64,000 nt of DNA from Flaccisagitta enflata (GCA_965153355.1 OZ231126.1:23684001-23748000), one strand, 5' to 3'; shown: positions 27,170-42,057, counted from the stretch's first letter. Numbers and translations: made by a program. Notes: a model not told the origin generated them from the letters alone.

Positions 27170-28352
27170 ATGTTAACCATGGCGACGATGAGCACGTATA
27201 ACGTGGACACGTTATTGTCGTCGCGTGGTGGCGGCGGCGGCGTCGGTGGCGTCCCAGGAGGCGGCGGCGGAGGCGGTGGAGGCGGCGTCGATAGCGCCAT
27301 CATGGACAAATTTAACGTCAACGGCGCCGTCAACGGAAGCGTTAACGGCGTCAACGAATATTCCGGCGCCTTGAATCATCACAATTCCAACGCCTACGGC
27401 GGTCATTGCAATTACCCTCCTCATTCGCAGCCGCTGCATCCCAGCGTTGGCGCCTCTCAACAGCAACAACAACAGCAACAGCAGCAGCAACAACAACAAC
27501 ATCCTCATCAGCCTCAATCGACGCCTCCCCATCAGCCTCACACCCCTTCGGGCTTACCCTCGGACATTACCAATGGGGGTGGTGCAAGTGGGAATGGTTC
27601 TCATAAGTATCACACAACGAACGGTTGGGGTAATCATCATCATCAATCGATGGGCACCCCCAATAACTCGGCCCCTTCCTCGTACTCTTGTCACGGCGCG
27701 GCTCTTTCAGCGTCCGCCGCCGCCGTGACTTCCAGCCCCCGATGCCCCAGCGTCGGATCGATGGGGGGAGCTCACGGAGGGGCCGGAGGAGCAGGAGGAG
27801 GAGGTGGCAGTGACTATTCCGCGTATCAGCCTCCAGGCGCCACCGGCGCCCCAGGAACGCCAAATGAAAACGATTACGTGAAAATGACGGTTTGCGCGGA
27901 CACTTACGGCGGACACATTCCGGGACACATCGGACAAGCGTCGCATCCGTACGGACATTCTCAACATCCATCGCAACAGCATCAGGCCGCCCAACAACAG
28001 CAACACTCGGCCGCCCAACAACATCAGTCTCAACAACAGCAACAACAACAGCAACAGCAAGGACATCCGAATCGGTGGTCGCCCCACCCGAATCAAACGC
28101 CCCCTCACGGTGGCGGCCACAGTCCAGTGTTGGGCAGTTCGTACTCGTCTCCTCAAAACCAGGGTCTCGGTATGCCGCATGACGGATTCTCTTCACAGGG
28201 GCATCCGGGCGCCATATCTTCCCAACATCAGGATCTTCCCAACAACCACAGTCCCATCCACAGCATCTCATCGTCTCAATGTTATAACAACGGCGGTCAT
28301 CAACAGTCCGGAGGACCGCCAACACCCTTCTATCCTTGGATGAGCTTAGCAG
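27170..28352 (+). CDS. Central-class Hox protein (Antp/Ubx/abd-A/Lox2/Lox4 group), coding exon 1
   Basis: Long ORF with N-terminal MSTYNVDTLL (resembles the Hox MSSYFVN motif; the true start may be the ATG at 27188), poly-G/Q/H tracts and PFYPWMSLAG hexapeptide. Donor AG|GTAAAT at 28352/28353 is phase 1 and joins in frame to 46386. Confidence 0.92.
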
Positions 28353-28434
28353 GTAAATCATTGTTAAAAACGTCTGGCTAGCTTACTGCTTGTGTTTTCT
28401 TACGCGTCTGCATGTGTGTGCGTGCGAGTGCATG

Positions 28435-28502
<68 letters not shown>

Positions 28503-29782
28503 AGTGTGAGTGTGTGTGTCTGTGTGTCTGTGTGTGTGTGTGTGTGTCTGTGGTTGTGTACGTGTGTCAGTTTGTGTTTGTGCCTTGTCGTGCTTATATA
28601 TGGAGGGTTTTTTGTCAGTTTTTGATCTTCAATGGATACCAGATCATAGAATCAACATTTGCATGTGTGTATTTGTGTGGGGACTAGATATAAAAGATCA
28701 GGAGGCGGGATTGTGGACTTATATTCATGCATGAAGGCGAAGAAGTTCCTCAGGGAGGAGAAAAAGAGTTTCCTGAGGGAGGAGAGCTCGATTTGATTGA
28801 CTTTTATGATAGCAAAGGAATCTCGACCAAAGGCCTTCTAATGATATGAGGAAGAATCTTTTGGAAGATGAAAAAAAAAAGAGCCAATTATCTTTAATGA
28901 CTGAAAGAATACCCGATCAATAAGTAAGCACATATCTATGTATCAAATTTTATTGGCGCCCCTCCCCCTTCCCGATACAAACAGTTCATTTTCATGTTTA
29001 ACGCCCTAAACGAAGCTAAAAGAATTTAGACCTAACTTCGCGTATCATAAATTGATACTCGAAATTATTATTCATTTACCGTAGAAAAAAAACTTGCTTT
29101 TCTTGTAAGAAAAACAAAGGACATCAACGAAATAGGAATACGATCATCATGTTTGAATACTCGGTTTAAGAATGAGCCTCTAAACAAACTGGAAAAAAAA
29201 AGTTAACGGGGAAATAAGATGGACATGATGTACATGAGATGTACATGTAAGATGTACATGATAGAAAATAGATATTTTACTCCAAAAAAGAAGAATGAAT
29301 TTATTGGATCAAAATCTGAGTGAGCCTGACTCATGTGTGGGTAGACGCGGTGGGTGGGCGAAGCCAAAAAACGCGTGGGTTGGGAATGATGAGTGGGAAG
29401 CCATTGATCTTGTCTATGAGAACATAAAACATGCAGCTTTGTTTTGTCTTTTTCTATATCACTCCGTCTTTGTCTCTCTCTCTATCCATCTATCTAACTG
29501 GTCTTCACCTTCTTCTTCATCTTCTCTCACTTGTTTTGCTTTTTTGAGGCCTCCAGGGATTTTTCTCTCCATGAATATTTTGGTATGTTATTTTTTTTTC
29601 TTCTCGGAAGCTCATCTGCTATTTCTTCTCTTTCTCTGACTCTCTTTGTTTTCGTTTCTTCGTCTTGTTCTTTTTTTTCTTTCTTTCGTTTTTTCTTCCT
29701 GTTTGAAACCTCTTTGCATAATTCATCGCTAAAAAGATGGACTACGGTTGTTTTAGGTGTGAGAATGTCATGATAGAAACGC

Positions 29783-29825
<43 letters not shown>

Positions 29826-29978
29826 CAGACAGAGACAGACAGAGACAGAGACAGAGACAGACAGAGAGAGACAGAGACAGAGAGAGGAAAGAAAAATAGA
29901 AACAAGTGAGCAAGACGGAAAGAAATATCTGTTAAGCCAAAATAAAATACGATCTCCCTGAGCTTCGCGAAATCGTAA

Positions 29979-30038
<60 letters not shown>

Positions 30039-31634
30039 CATCCGTTCAAATTGACTCTCTCTCTTTCGACCACCAGAGCGATGATAAACTTCCCATCATC
30101 TTTCTCCCTTGAAATCGTTCTTCACATGTTTTAGTTTTTAAGAGAGAGAGATAAAAAGAAAAAAAAAAGAAGGGATATGTTTTATACTTTTAGTTAAAAA
30201 GCCGCTTTGAACGAGAGAATCTGGATTATATTTATGGGGGACACGGATGGATTTGATGTAAGCGATTTTACTCCTTTCATTCAAAACATTAATCAGCCCC
30301 ACCAAAAATATCGATGTATAACTATTTGTACATACGTATTTTTTTTCTCTCTCTCTCTCTCTCTCTCTCTCGCTCTCGCTCTCTCTCTATCTCTCTCTCT
30401 CTCATTCCCATTCTCCCTCCTTTTCTATCGGCAAATGTGAAAGAGAATGAAAGCGTTTGTCTTTGAAACGGAAAACGTTAATCATAACAAGGCTAAAAAA
30501 AATAAGAGTAGATGAAATTGTGAAAGTTTTGTGAGCAAAGGAAACCGACCGATCCAGGAACCATAGATTTCACCAGTCAGTCAATTTGCCCCCGAATAAT
30601 TGTGCAGGAAAAAAAATGAAAAAAAAAGAATCCACAAAAATACACACATTCTAAGACAACTCAATCATTTTTTTCTTTCTTGCCGAATTCGTCTCATATA
30701 TATATATATATATCTATACATTTGAGGTTAACGAAAAGGTCAAATAGCGTCTTGTCTTGTTTATAATTCAATTAATTTGCTTGATTTCTTGTATATATTT
30801 TTTGTTCTTGAGCTCATTCTTTTCCTGTTTTTTTTTCCTTAGTTTTGTTCTTGTGTTTGTTCTTGTTCTTGACTTCTTGTCATAATTCAATTACTTTGCT
30901 TGATCTCGTAAATGTTTGCGGTCCTGCGTTCTTGTCAATTCAATTTTTTTTCTGACATTTTTTAACCTTTGTACACTTTTTTGTTGGTTTTGTTGTCTTA
31001 AAAGGCGGCCCTAAAAAAAGTCGATAAAAGTCGTGAAATTGCTCGTCAAATTCCGTCTCAATCCAAATCAGTGTTAATTGTTTTATGTGTGCAGTGTTAT
31101 TCAGTGATCAATTGCCAAATAACAGCATGAAACTACTAAGATAGCTGTTTTTTTTTCTTTAGATATTGTAAATCGACGGTATGGTTACACAACATTCTCT
31201 CCTCGTTGATACCATGTAGGAAATAAAGAAAATGTGCTAGTTTTCGTCCTGCCTCAATTGAATTAGGTACATACTTTGACCAATACAACATACTAAAACC
31301 TATAAGAAATTAACAAATGCAATTGAATTAGTTTTATGTTGCCTCTTCGTGTTGGGGTGCCATGTGGCATCGTTCCCACAACCGATGAGTAACCGACCAA
31401 CTAAAGTGATCAATATTTATGAATTATAGATCAGTTGGCCGTCTTCATTAGTTTCGAACATCCATGTAAACTGAATCTTGATCGGGGTTCAGAAATCAGA
31501 ATAGACGAAACTTTTTTTTTCAGCTGCAACTGATCGCCCTACTTATTCAAAAAGTGGAAAAACCGGCTTGGTCGTTTTCCAACGGTTCTTTTTTTACCAA
31601 TTTTTTACATGATTATCTCAAAGGTTAAGAGATG

Positions 31635-31713
<79 letters not shown>

Positions 31714-31739
31714 TGAGTGAGTGAGTGTGTGAGTGTGTG

Positions 31740-31791
<52 letters not shown>

Positions 31792-32955
31792 TGTGTGTGA
31801 GCGCGCGCGTGTGTGTGTGTTTGTGCATCGATAAAGAGGAAGAGAGAAGGGGTCGAGTCCTGGAAGGCATGAATCACCGACTGTTGACCTTTTGATGCCA
31901 TAAACGATAAAACCGATAACCAATTTCCATTTCTTTTTTTTTTTCTTTTGCCTCCATTGACTTCTAACTCGTGCCTTTGCCTTTTTATATGCTTTTTACA
32001 TGACAAAGGCTTTCTTGACTCGATCTTTCATCCTGTCTTTCACTGTCAGCTAAAACGACTCCCAACCCTTCGGTCCGAGTGTCCATTGATCTGGGATACC
32101 TAACCTTTCACTGCGTCTGCGTTAATTCCTTCACTGATATGGCCGTATTTGTTGGCGCCCCTGCCCAAGGCCCAGTGCCCAGTGCATTTGCATACACAAC
32201 AAGCATTTTTTTTTTTTTTTTAGCGCTCTGTCGCCTATCCTATCCATGCCCTCTCTTTTTAGTCGCGGACTCGCGTCTCTAAAAGGGGTTTTGCCCGTCC
32301 GTCTGTCTGTCCCTTTATCTGTCGGTCTGTTGATCCATCCGTCACGCCTGAGCTAGTATTGTGTGTGTATTTGTGTTCTGAGGGGGTGTATGCTGTATAG
32401 AGGTAGCGTACACAACTGCCTACGCGTCCACGACGATGTCGTGACCCTGCGTCACTTGTTTGTCTACTTCCCCTCTCCAATTTTGCTCTCTTAAGCCCTC
32501 CCCCACCTGTTCCTCTCCTCAATTCTACCTCTTAACTTCCTTTCCTTTCTCCAATTCGGCCATTTTTTTAGGTTTTTGTTATCGCGCCATTTTGTCGATT
32601 TTTCCGATATGTTCGAGTCTTTTGTCCTTTTGTTCGATATCTTTCCATTTGTCGCCTTTTCTGCGCCTTCTTTCAGCCGATGACCCAGATGGCGCAGGAG
32701 GTCGCGAGAACAGGAGAGCAAAGCAAAGAGAATTTTTCCTCATTGGGATGATGGAAGGAGGTACATGTGGGAGGAGGGGGGGGGGGCGGAGATGGGTGGT
32801 TGTGCACGATTTTGACTTCACAAGATGGCGCACACTTTCGAAGTGAGAAGGAAGCTGAGATTCTGAGAGGATGCAAGCGTAAAGGAGAGAGAGAATGTGT
32901 TCTTTGTCCAGTTAGGGATGAAAACTTCTTAGGGTCATCAATTGATAGTTAGGTA

Positions 32956-33519
32956 CAGTACGATGGGAGCAAGGACGACCTAGACTGGAGGATGGATTTT
33001 AGGTATTTTAATTTTATCTGTTTCAAAAAATATTTGAGATGTAAAAATTGCCCTGTTGAGTAAATGCATTTGCGTCTCTTAAACTTAAATTTGTGACCTC
33101 ATCAACACTTCATTTTTCCAGGTTCAAACTTATTTCATTAAATTAGGCAAACATTTTATAAATTTTTTAAAAGAAATCAGCTCAATTGGACCATTTTTAT
33201 GGGTTTTACTTAAGTTATGAAAATCAAATTTTGGGCAAAACTTAAAATAGCCATACAACCTGTAAAAATAGACTGATTGAGCTGATTTTTTTTTTCAAAA
33301 CTCTAAAAAATTTTTACCCAATCTATTGAGATAGGTTGGAATTTTGAAAAATGAAGTCTTGATGAGGTCAAGTCATAAGTTGAAGTTTCAGATATAAATA
33401 ATTTCACTTAATAGAGCAATTTCAAAAAACTTAGATCTCAAAAATTTTATGATACAAATAAATTTAAGATACCGAAAATCTATCCTCCAGTCTAAGTTGT
33501 CATTGCTTCCATCGTACTG
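32956..33519. mobile_element. Palindromic Tc1/mariner-type MITE
   Basis: TA flanks; TIRs CAGTACGATGGGAGCAAGGACGACCTAGACTGGAGGAT.. / ..ATCCTCCAGTCTAAGTTGTCATTGCTTCCATCGTACTG; imperfect inverted symmetry over most of the length. Confidence 0.85.
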
Positions 33520-33884
33520 TAGTAATGCCGGATTATGAGACCTAAAGAATTTGATTCCGTCGTCACATTTTTGTCGTAATCCTAACTAACTCCACGTCAC
33601 TCTTTCATTGATTTGTGGTTGTAAGAGGTGCTTGCTTAGTAGGGCAGCCGAAAAGGACAGGAGTGGGAGAACATAAGGAAGATATCGAGAAAACTTATTA
33701 CTAAAATATCAACACAAAGCTGATTAAGTAGCGGGAAACATGAGTAAAGTAACAATCGGGAGAAAGATAGAAAGAAAAAAAGAAAGAAAGAAAGACAGAG
33801 AGAAAGAAAGAAAGAAAGAAAGAAAGAAAAAAAAAGATAGGAAAAAAGATAGAAAAAAAAAAGAAAAAAAAAAGGAAGAATGAT

Positions 33885-33963
<79 letters not shown>

Positions 33964-34471
33964 AGGAAAGAAAGAAAGAAAGAGGAAAAGAGGGCAAAGT
34001 CGATCGATTCTCAGTTTTTCTTGTTTATCGTTTCTTTCTCACTCCTTTTGGGAACCAGATAAAAAGTTGTCTCTCACGTCTCTCTTTCTTTTCTCACTCT
34101 TAGTAAGCCTGTCTTTTTGTCTGTCAGTCTGTACATGATTTACTGCCTGTCTGTCGGTTGGTCGGTCAGTTGGTCGGTGTTTTTTACTACCTCACCCGAA
34201 GTTTCTGTAGTGAGAGGTTTTGATTCATTATTTTGAGTGGCTTGCGGATGCGAGCGGATGCGGATCGAAAGTGGGGTTAAACAGCGATGATGCATAGATC
34301 TAATTATAAATCTCTTGTCCAAACAACCACACAGCCATGAAGGTGTTGAGGCATAGTGATTATATTGAACAAATCATAAACAAACGTTGAAAAATCAGAA
34401 TACCCAATGCAGCACACAGCCATTGCTCAGTTTGTCTTCAATGATATTACTGCACCCTTTGGGTGCGTTGA

Positions 34472-34731
34472 CAGTCTATGGACATTTCGGTATTTGTAGA
34501 TATGTCAGCAGTTTGGTACATTTCAACCCGTTGAATTCTCTCATATTTCAATGGGTTGAGATCTTTCATTCTACTGATAATAATCTTGTAGAATGAGAGA
34601 TTTCAATGTGTTGAAATGTGCCAAAATGAGATATTTCAACCCGTTGAAATATGCCAAAATGAAAGATTTCAACGGGTTGAAATATACCAAACTGCTGACA
34701 TATCTACAAATACCGAAATGTCCATAGACTG
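34472..34731. mobile_element. MITE with ~64-bp TIRs and apparent 4-bp TSD (TTGA)
   Basis: TTGA|CAGTCTATGGACATTTCGGTATTTGTAGATATGTCAGCAGTTTGGTA.. and the near-perfect reverse complement ending CCATAGACTG|TTGA. Confidence 0.8.
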
Positions 34732-34933
34732 TTGAAGCGATCCCAAACTATTTCCTCCCTCGCCCTTGTTTCTTGTCCCTTTTGTTCTCATTTTCAATTT
34801 TCTCGTGAATTTCCATTTGAATATGTTTTTCCGCCATTTTTGTATCGCGTCCTCATTTGGAATATCGTCTCCAGCATCATTTTCCCGCCTTTTCCCCCTC
34901 CCACGGCACTTAAAACGGTCCATCATGACCGGA

Positions 34934-35027
<94 letters not shown>

Positions 35028-35407
35028 AAAAAGAAAAAAAGAAAGAAAACAGCTGATTTTGAGTGTGTGTTTTTTTTTCCGCGGTTACGTCGCTGTAAGT
35101 AGTGAGGAAATGGTACAATAACCGCCAATAAAAGCCCAGTTGAACATCAAGACCGATCGTAAAGGCCGTTATTTATGCCCGGTGCGCGGAGAAAGCGGGC
35201 GGGGAAGGGGAGGAGGAGGACAAGGGGGAGGAGGAAGAGGAGGAGCAGGCGGAAGAGTCACGCCGTGACCGTTCAATGAGGCGAGGATGAGCAAGTTTGA
35301 AAAGGAAAGTGCCTCTCCTTCTTTTCTCCCCCTTCAACACTGCTGGCAAGATGATGTTGATGGTGTATCTGAGGAGAATAAGCCGGAAGGGAGATAGTAA
35401 AAAGAAA

Positions 35408-35507
<100 letters not shown>

Positions 35508-37218
35508 CAGACAGACAGAGAGACAGACAGACAGAGAGACAGACAGACAGAGAGACAGACAGAGGCGAAAAGATAGTCAGACCAACAGCCAGAGATGTGA
35601 ATATTAACAGAGAGCGAGGAGGTGATTCTCACATTGAGAGTAAGAAAGGCAAAAAAAAAGAAAAAAAAAAAGAAAAGAAAAGAATCAGCCATAGATGATT
35701 TTTGTTGAATCTTTCGCCGTTTTTTTCAATCTTTACCCTACACCAACGGCCGTTCCCTCTTTGAACAATCATAGGAGATACACCGTCGAAATTTCCTGTC
35801 CAGGCTCCATCTGAAAAAAGCGAATGTCGATCGGCCGAATTGCGTTCCCGTGTTTCGTGACCACAGCATTGTCCGAATGCAGGCTGATCAATTATGTTCT
35901 TGCTCACCGTTTCTGTTTTAAGCATGGGTCTATTTCAGGAAAATCATACTCCAAAACTTCAGTGTGTTACCTTACATTCTACCTCTGTGCCATTGCCAAC
36001 CATATCATCAACGGTTCAGAGGCTTCATTGTCGTCCACAGAATATGACGCGGCATTCATTAAGGAGTTTAAATTCCTTTTTTTCTCTCTCTCGTTATTTG
36101 GCACATATTTTCCGTCTCTGAGACCTGCGACCGCGACTTCCTTTTATTCTTTTGAAAAATGCCCGACCGTGACGGAGATAGAAAGAGATGGAGAGGAGAA
36201 AGAAAAGCCGCCACCGAAACGTTGGGGTTTAAAAAAGAAAGGCTGGAAGGTTCACTCCGAATGTGATAAGGAGGGGAGGATGCAATTGAAAATAACGAAA
36301 CAATGCAATGGGTCGCTCCAGCTGAACGATGAGAGGAATTATGGTTTGTTGCATTTAGGATGTCAACTTTGTTATATGCAGCGAAAAAGGTAAGAAGCAG
36401 TTTGACTTGTTACAGCCATGGAGGCGTGGAGAACAACAACAACAGTATATATACGTGTTTCATGGATCCTATGTGTTCTTCAATGAAGCACAATTGACTG
36501 AATCGTACTGAATCGTGAATCGTCCGTACCGCCAAGATTCCGCTTAGTCATTCTCGGCGAGGTAGTTCCCCCGCCATCTAAAAATGCCCCCGGAAGGTAA
36601 TCCGGAGGGGGTCGCACTGTGGCTTTTGAGATAATGATAAAAAGAACCACAAATATCTTAACAAGAATTTTTTATACGTGATAAAATCATACATTATCGT
36701 GTCTTGGTATTGATTACGGAACTGAGTTGCTGGTCGCCTCTTCTCTTGTACTCCGAAGTTTTAACTACTATCTTTCGTGTAAACGAAGGATTTAGCGACC
36801 TAATGGCAAATCTATCAGTCCTGCGACGATAAGTCATCTTAATTTGAGGCATCTTACCAAAACCGCGATATGCAAATTAGACGAACATGATCACGGTGAG
36901 AATAAAAGTTCGAGGAGGCCCACGCGTCCTTCTTCTCGATCATCGAGCAAATGCGTGGCGATTGACACACAGGCAAACTGACGGAGAGACCATCATGAAA
37001 CTTTTAGTCACTCGCTAAGCGACTCAAAAAGGGTGTGTGTCAGTTGGTCGGTTTAATTACAGAAAATTCTATTTCTGGGATGACTTGAAGTCGGTCGAAA
37101 TAGTGATATATGAGCATTACTGAACCCTGCTCAGTCACAGAACGTCCCCCGCCCATCCACAAATTTAAGCATCTTAAGGGATTTAAGCGTCACTACATCC
37201 ACACCAAAGCACACACCA

Positions 37219-37264
<46 letters not shown>

Positions 37265-38951
37265 TCTCTCTCTCTCTCTCTACTCTCTCGACGCCCCACT
37301 ACTTTAAAGTCTTCTTTTGAACTCTTTTGTAATCTCTTTTCAACGAGAGCCCTGGGAGTCGTTAAGCAGCGCCAAAAATATCCCAGCGGCAGAAAATCCA
37401 AACAGAGGAACATCATCATCAAAAGCCTCAACGAGAAATGATAACAGATTCGATGTAAAAGGGACAGTTACGAGTTCAAGGAGCGCCAGTGCCACACATG
37501 GCGCGGTTGAGGAGGAGGAAGAGGAGGAAGACGCAGAGGAGGAAGACGCAGAGGAGGATTGCCCACAGGGCCACGCAGAGCGAAGGGTCTTAAAATAAAT
37601 GGTGCGTTTTATTTGGTTTTAAAAGCCTCAAATGCGAAAGAGAGAAAGAATGAGAGAGATGCGATAAAATCAAAAGAACATGGATGCAGTTTTTGGCAAC
37701 GGTACAACTTGAAAGAGGATGCAGTTTTCGAAGGTTTGCTGCAGCGCAGGTTTGGCGTCGAAGTCTTGGAGATAAAATGGTTAATCTGTCCGTCGTTTTG
37801 TCGGTGATGTTTCCGTCAGGTAGTATTGGACTGTAGAATGCCACATGGGATATCGCTCATCAGATGAGGGTAGTGATTTTAAAACATACTTTTGATGCAA
37901 AAAAAAGGAAAAAATGAAAGAAAAAGAAAAATGCAACAAAGCATATGCAGCGCATATCCTTAGTGGTGCATCTTAAGAACGCATTGTGTTTGTGCAGGCC
38001 ACTGGATAAAGGAAAACGGTTATTTTGCCCGTGCTGCTTGTCCGGTGACTGTGGAGTTGAAGTTTAAGAAGAGAAGTACTTTCCGACAGCCGACCAAGCC
38101 AACCGACTAACAACCGACCGACCGACCGACCGACCGACCGACCAAGCCGACCGACAATCGACCCACTGAAAGCCGTCTCGCCCATAATCATTCTCGCAGA
38201 ACGCATAAAGTAAATGAAGCAACAAAATTCAGCGAGTCTCGTTTCGGTCCAATGAGTCGTGTTGTTTTTCTTGACCCCAGTCCATATATTTTCTTCGTAT
38301 ACAGAAACAGAGAAGAAGAAAAAGGATATGAGAGAGAAGAAAAAAAAAGGAGGATGGAAAAAATGATCTTTCATGTTTCAAGGACGAACAACTCAGTAAC
38401 TTAACAGTTTACATGCACATGACATGCCGCTTGGCTTATCAGTAAATGTGTCAGTATGTCGGTTACTGACTCGGTCAGACACCGTCAGTGCGTCGGGCGA
38501 TCGGAGACAGCAGTATTGCCATCAGAGAAATTCATACACTTAATCACAAGGATTGTGTATATTCAGAGCCTGCATTTGTAGCAGAGTGTAACTTAACTTG
38601 TTAGACTGCATCAGAGGTATTTCAATTTCTGCCGTAAGGCATTCACTCTGCTTTGATCATAGATGATAACACATTCTCGCATAACTAATCTTAAATTCAG
38701 ACTGTAAAAAAAGCAATGTAAAAATTAGCGAAACAACGGTTCAGGAAAGGGCGAGAATCAGAATGAAACGGAATCATGTTGCAGGCTGCAAATTGTTTTT
38801 AAGGGTGAAGAGGATGAAGTTGCGTCTCTTCGCCCGTTTTGCCCGTCCTTACCTCTGCATTTTTGTCTGTTGACCAATCTGTTTTCTGTCTTATGTCTTC
38901 TGTATTGTCTCATTTAATTTCATTTCACAGCATGCCGGTACGTTTCTTATT

Positions 38952-39020
<69 letters not shown>

Positions 39021-39027
39021 CTCCCTT

Positions 39028-41171
39028 CACTCTGTGCCGCTCCAATGTAAAGACTGCTTACAATTCCAACTATCCCAAAAGTTGGTTATCATTGCTCAGA
39101 ATGGTGGACAGGGACCAGACAAACATGAAACTAGAAAAAAAGAATACATTTGGGGGGTCAGGGGGTACCCAGGGGGCTATTTTGGGGTGATTTCATGGCC
39201 CGGCGACTAATATCATGAGTTTTAGAGCATTCAAGCTTATTTCTTTGGTCAGAGTGGTGAACAAGGACCAGACAAACATACAACTAGAAAAAAAAATACA
39301 TTTGGGGGGTCAGGGGGTCCCCAGGGGGTCCCCAGGGGGCTATTATGGGGCGATTTCATGGCCCGGCAATTAAAATCATTGAAAATCTTGATTTTTAGAG
39401 CATTCAAGCTTATTTCTTTGGTCAGAATGGTGGACAAGGACCAGACAAACATACAACTAAAAACAAAAATACATTTGGGGGTCCCCAGGGGATCCCCAGG
39501 GGACTATTATGGGGCGATTTCATGGCCCGGCAATCAAAATCATTGAAAATCTTGATTTTTTAGAGCATTCAAGATTATTTCTTTAATAAAAAGATTATGA
39601 ACAAGCGCCATCAAAGTAAACCTTAAGTAGTGAAATATATTCAAGGAGGTCTGGGGGCCCCAGGGAACTGTTTCTGGGGCCATTTTATGGCGCAGCAACC
39701 AAAAAACATCAAATCTAGATTTTTAGAGCATTTAAGCTTATGCTAATTAAAAATATTGTGCACAGGTATTTTAAAAATAAACATTTAATTCTTCTTCTTC
39801 CCTCTTCTTCTTCTTCTTCTTCTTCCATCTTCTTCATCTTCCCTCTTCTTCATCTTCCCTCTTCTTCTTCTACTTTTTCTTATCCTTCTTCTTCCTTCTT
39901 CTTCTTCTCCTTCTTCTTCCCTCTTCTTCTTGTTCCTTCTTCTCTTTCTTCCCTCTTCTTCTTCTTCTTCTTCTTCTTATTTCTCTCTTCTTACTCTCCT
40001 TCCTCTCCTTCTTCTTCTTTTCTTACTATTCCCTCTTTTTGATACCCTATGTTTTTTTTTTTTTTCATTTTCTACCTCTTTTTTCCCTTCTTTGTTCTTG
40101 TACACTTCTTCTTCTTCCTCCCTCTACTTCTTCCTCCTTCTTCTTCTTCCTCCCTCTTCTTCTCATTCTTCCTCTATTCCTTCCCTCATCCTCTTATTCC
40201 CTCTTCTATTTCTAGTGAAAACAGCATTTTTTTTAAGACAATGTGCCAATTTATGATACTCTGCTCTACACATTGCAGCTTCTTCTTCTTCTTCTTCTTC
40301 TTCTTCTTCTTCTTCTTCTTCTTCTTCTTCTTCTTCTTCTTCTTCCTTTTCTTCTTCTTCTTCTTCCTCTTTTTCTTTTATTTATAAACCCAACATTTGT
40401 TTTACTCTCCTTTTTCCTGATTTACTTGAACAATCAACATTTTATATATCGTCCTCCTCCTCCTCCTCCTCCTCCTCCTCTATCGCCTCCTCCTCCTCCT
40501 CCTCTACCCCCACCACAACAAGATATCTAATACAAAATTTATGTAGTGTTGCTATTCATCAAGGGGTTTCATGTTATTGTAATGAAAGCAAATCTAGTTA
40601 TTTAAGCGACTGAGAGAGAATTTTACTTCATTGGCCATATGAAATGAAGCTCTATATTTCGTTAAAAATGGCCGTAAAAAAAAGTATCGTCGAGTATCCG
40701 TCCCAATTTTTTTTGTGGAGCTTCCTAACTACCTAATTAATGAATGCATAAAAAGAAAAAGGGGGACAAAGGGGGTACCTGACCCCTAAAAATACAAAAA
40801 ATTGACCTCCTAGAGGGGTTTCACGTAGTTATTTCTTTGTTATTTACGTACTTTTGACGAAGTATAACTCCGCAAAAAATCACTTTCTGGCCAAAACAAA
40901 ATTAGTTTTAGCCAGCCCTAGGTGTCCTCTAACTACCCTTAAAATTTCAGCTGCTTTGGAGAAAGTCAGTTTTTTGCTCTTTTTCCCCCTCCTCCTCATT
41001 TTGGGTGGTTTGGGTGGTTTGGGTCGTTCCCGATATGCTGGGTCGCCCAAATTTTGGGTTTCTATTTTTTTGGTCCTAGATAGTATTCTGATTGAAAAAA
41101 CCAGATTGATTCCTCATTTTTAATACTATTTTTAACGATTTGGAATTTTGAGCAAAAAGAAGCACAAAGTG
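39028..41171. mobile_element. Non-autonomous Transib/RAG-like DNA transposon (2144 bp)
   Basis: CCCTT duplicated at 39023-39027 and 41172-41176 and single at the empty site in the duplicate contig (58283-58287). Termini CACTCTGTGC / GCACAAAGTG. About four 150-175-bp subterminal repeats (39096-39750) and a CTT-rich core. No transposase ORF. Confidence 0.75.
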
Positions 41172-41256
41172 CCCTTTCTCTCTCTTCCTGTACCTCTTTG
41201 AAGAGGAAAAGCGAGAAAATCAGCGTTAAGATCATTATCACGGACAGATGGGAGAA

Positions 41257-41361
<105 letters not shown>

Positions 41362-41466
41362 GAGAGAGTCAGAGTCAAAGTCAGTTGAGTCTCAAATGGA
41401 GATGCATTAAGCTTAATGTAGGCGGACAGGGGAGGCGATCTTGACTTTCTCTCTCTTTCTCTCACG

Positions 41467-41547
<81 letters not shown>

Positions 41548-42057
41548 TCTCTCTCTCTTTGATCTCTTGGGATTCACAGTCTAAATTATATGACGCAACC
41601 AACTAGCGTGAAGATATATCATCAAGGACTTGTAAGTCTCTTGAGCACTCGTCATCATGATATATATTCTAACAATGATAGGGAAGGGGGAATTTATGCT
41701 GCAGGGGGTCATGAGGATGTAATGTTTTTCATTATCTCGATAAAACAGGCTTATGATGTGCAAACAAAGATAACATGGTTTGCAAACAAAACATTCATCC
41801 ATCAATAATGGCATTTTGATGATTTGTAATGTCAGAAAATAAGTAACTATAACCGTAATTATAATGAGAATACTGTAAATAAGGAAAGCAGTGCCCAAGT
41901 AAAAGAACTTGAATAATACAATTGCTTGGAAAGTTGGCCAGTGAAACTTGACTTCTTGCCAAATCAATGGCTCATAACAACCGAAACTTTATTTCAAGTA
42001 AGAGCGTGGGACCGTCTAACACCACAAGATGTGAAAAATGTCGCTGGCTGTCTAATA

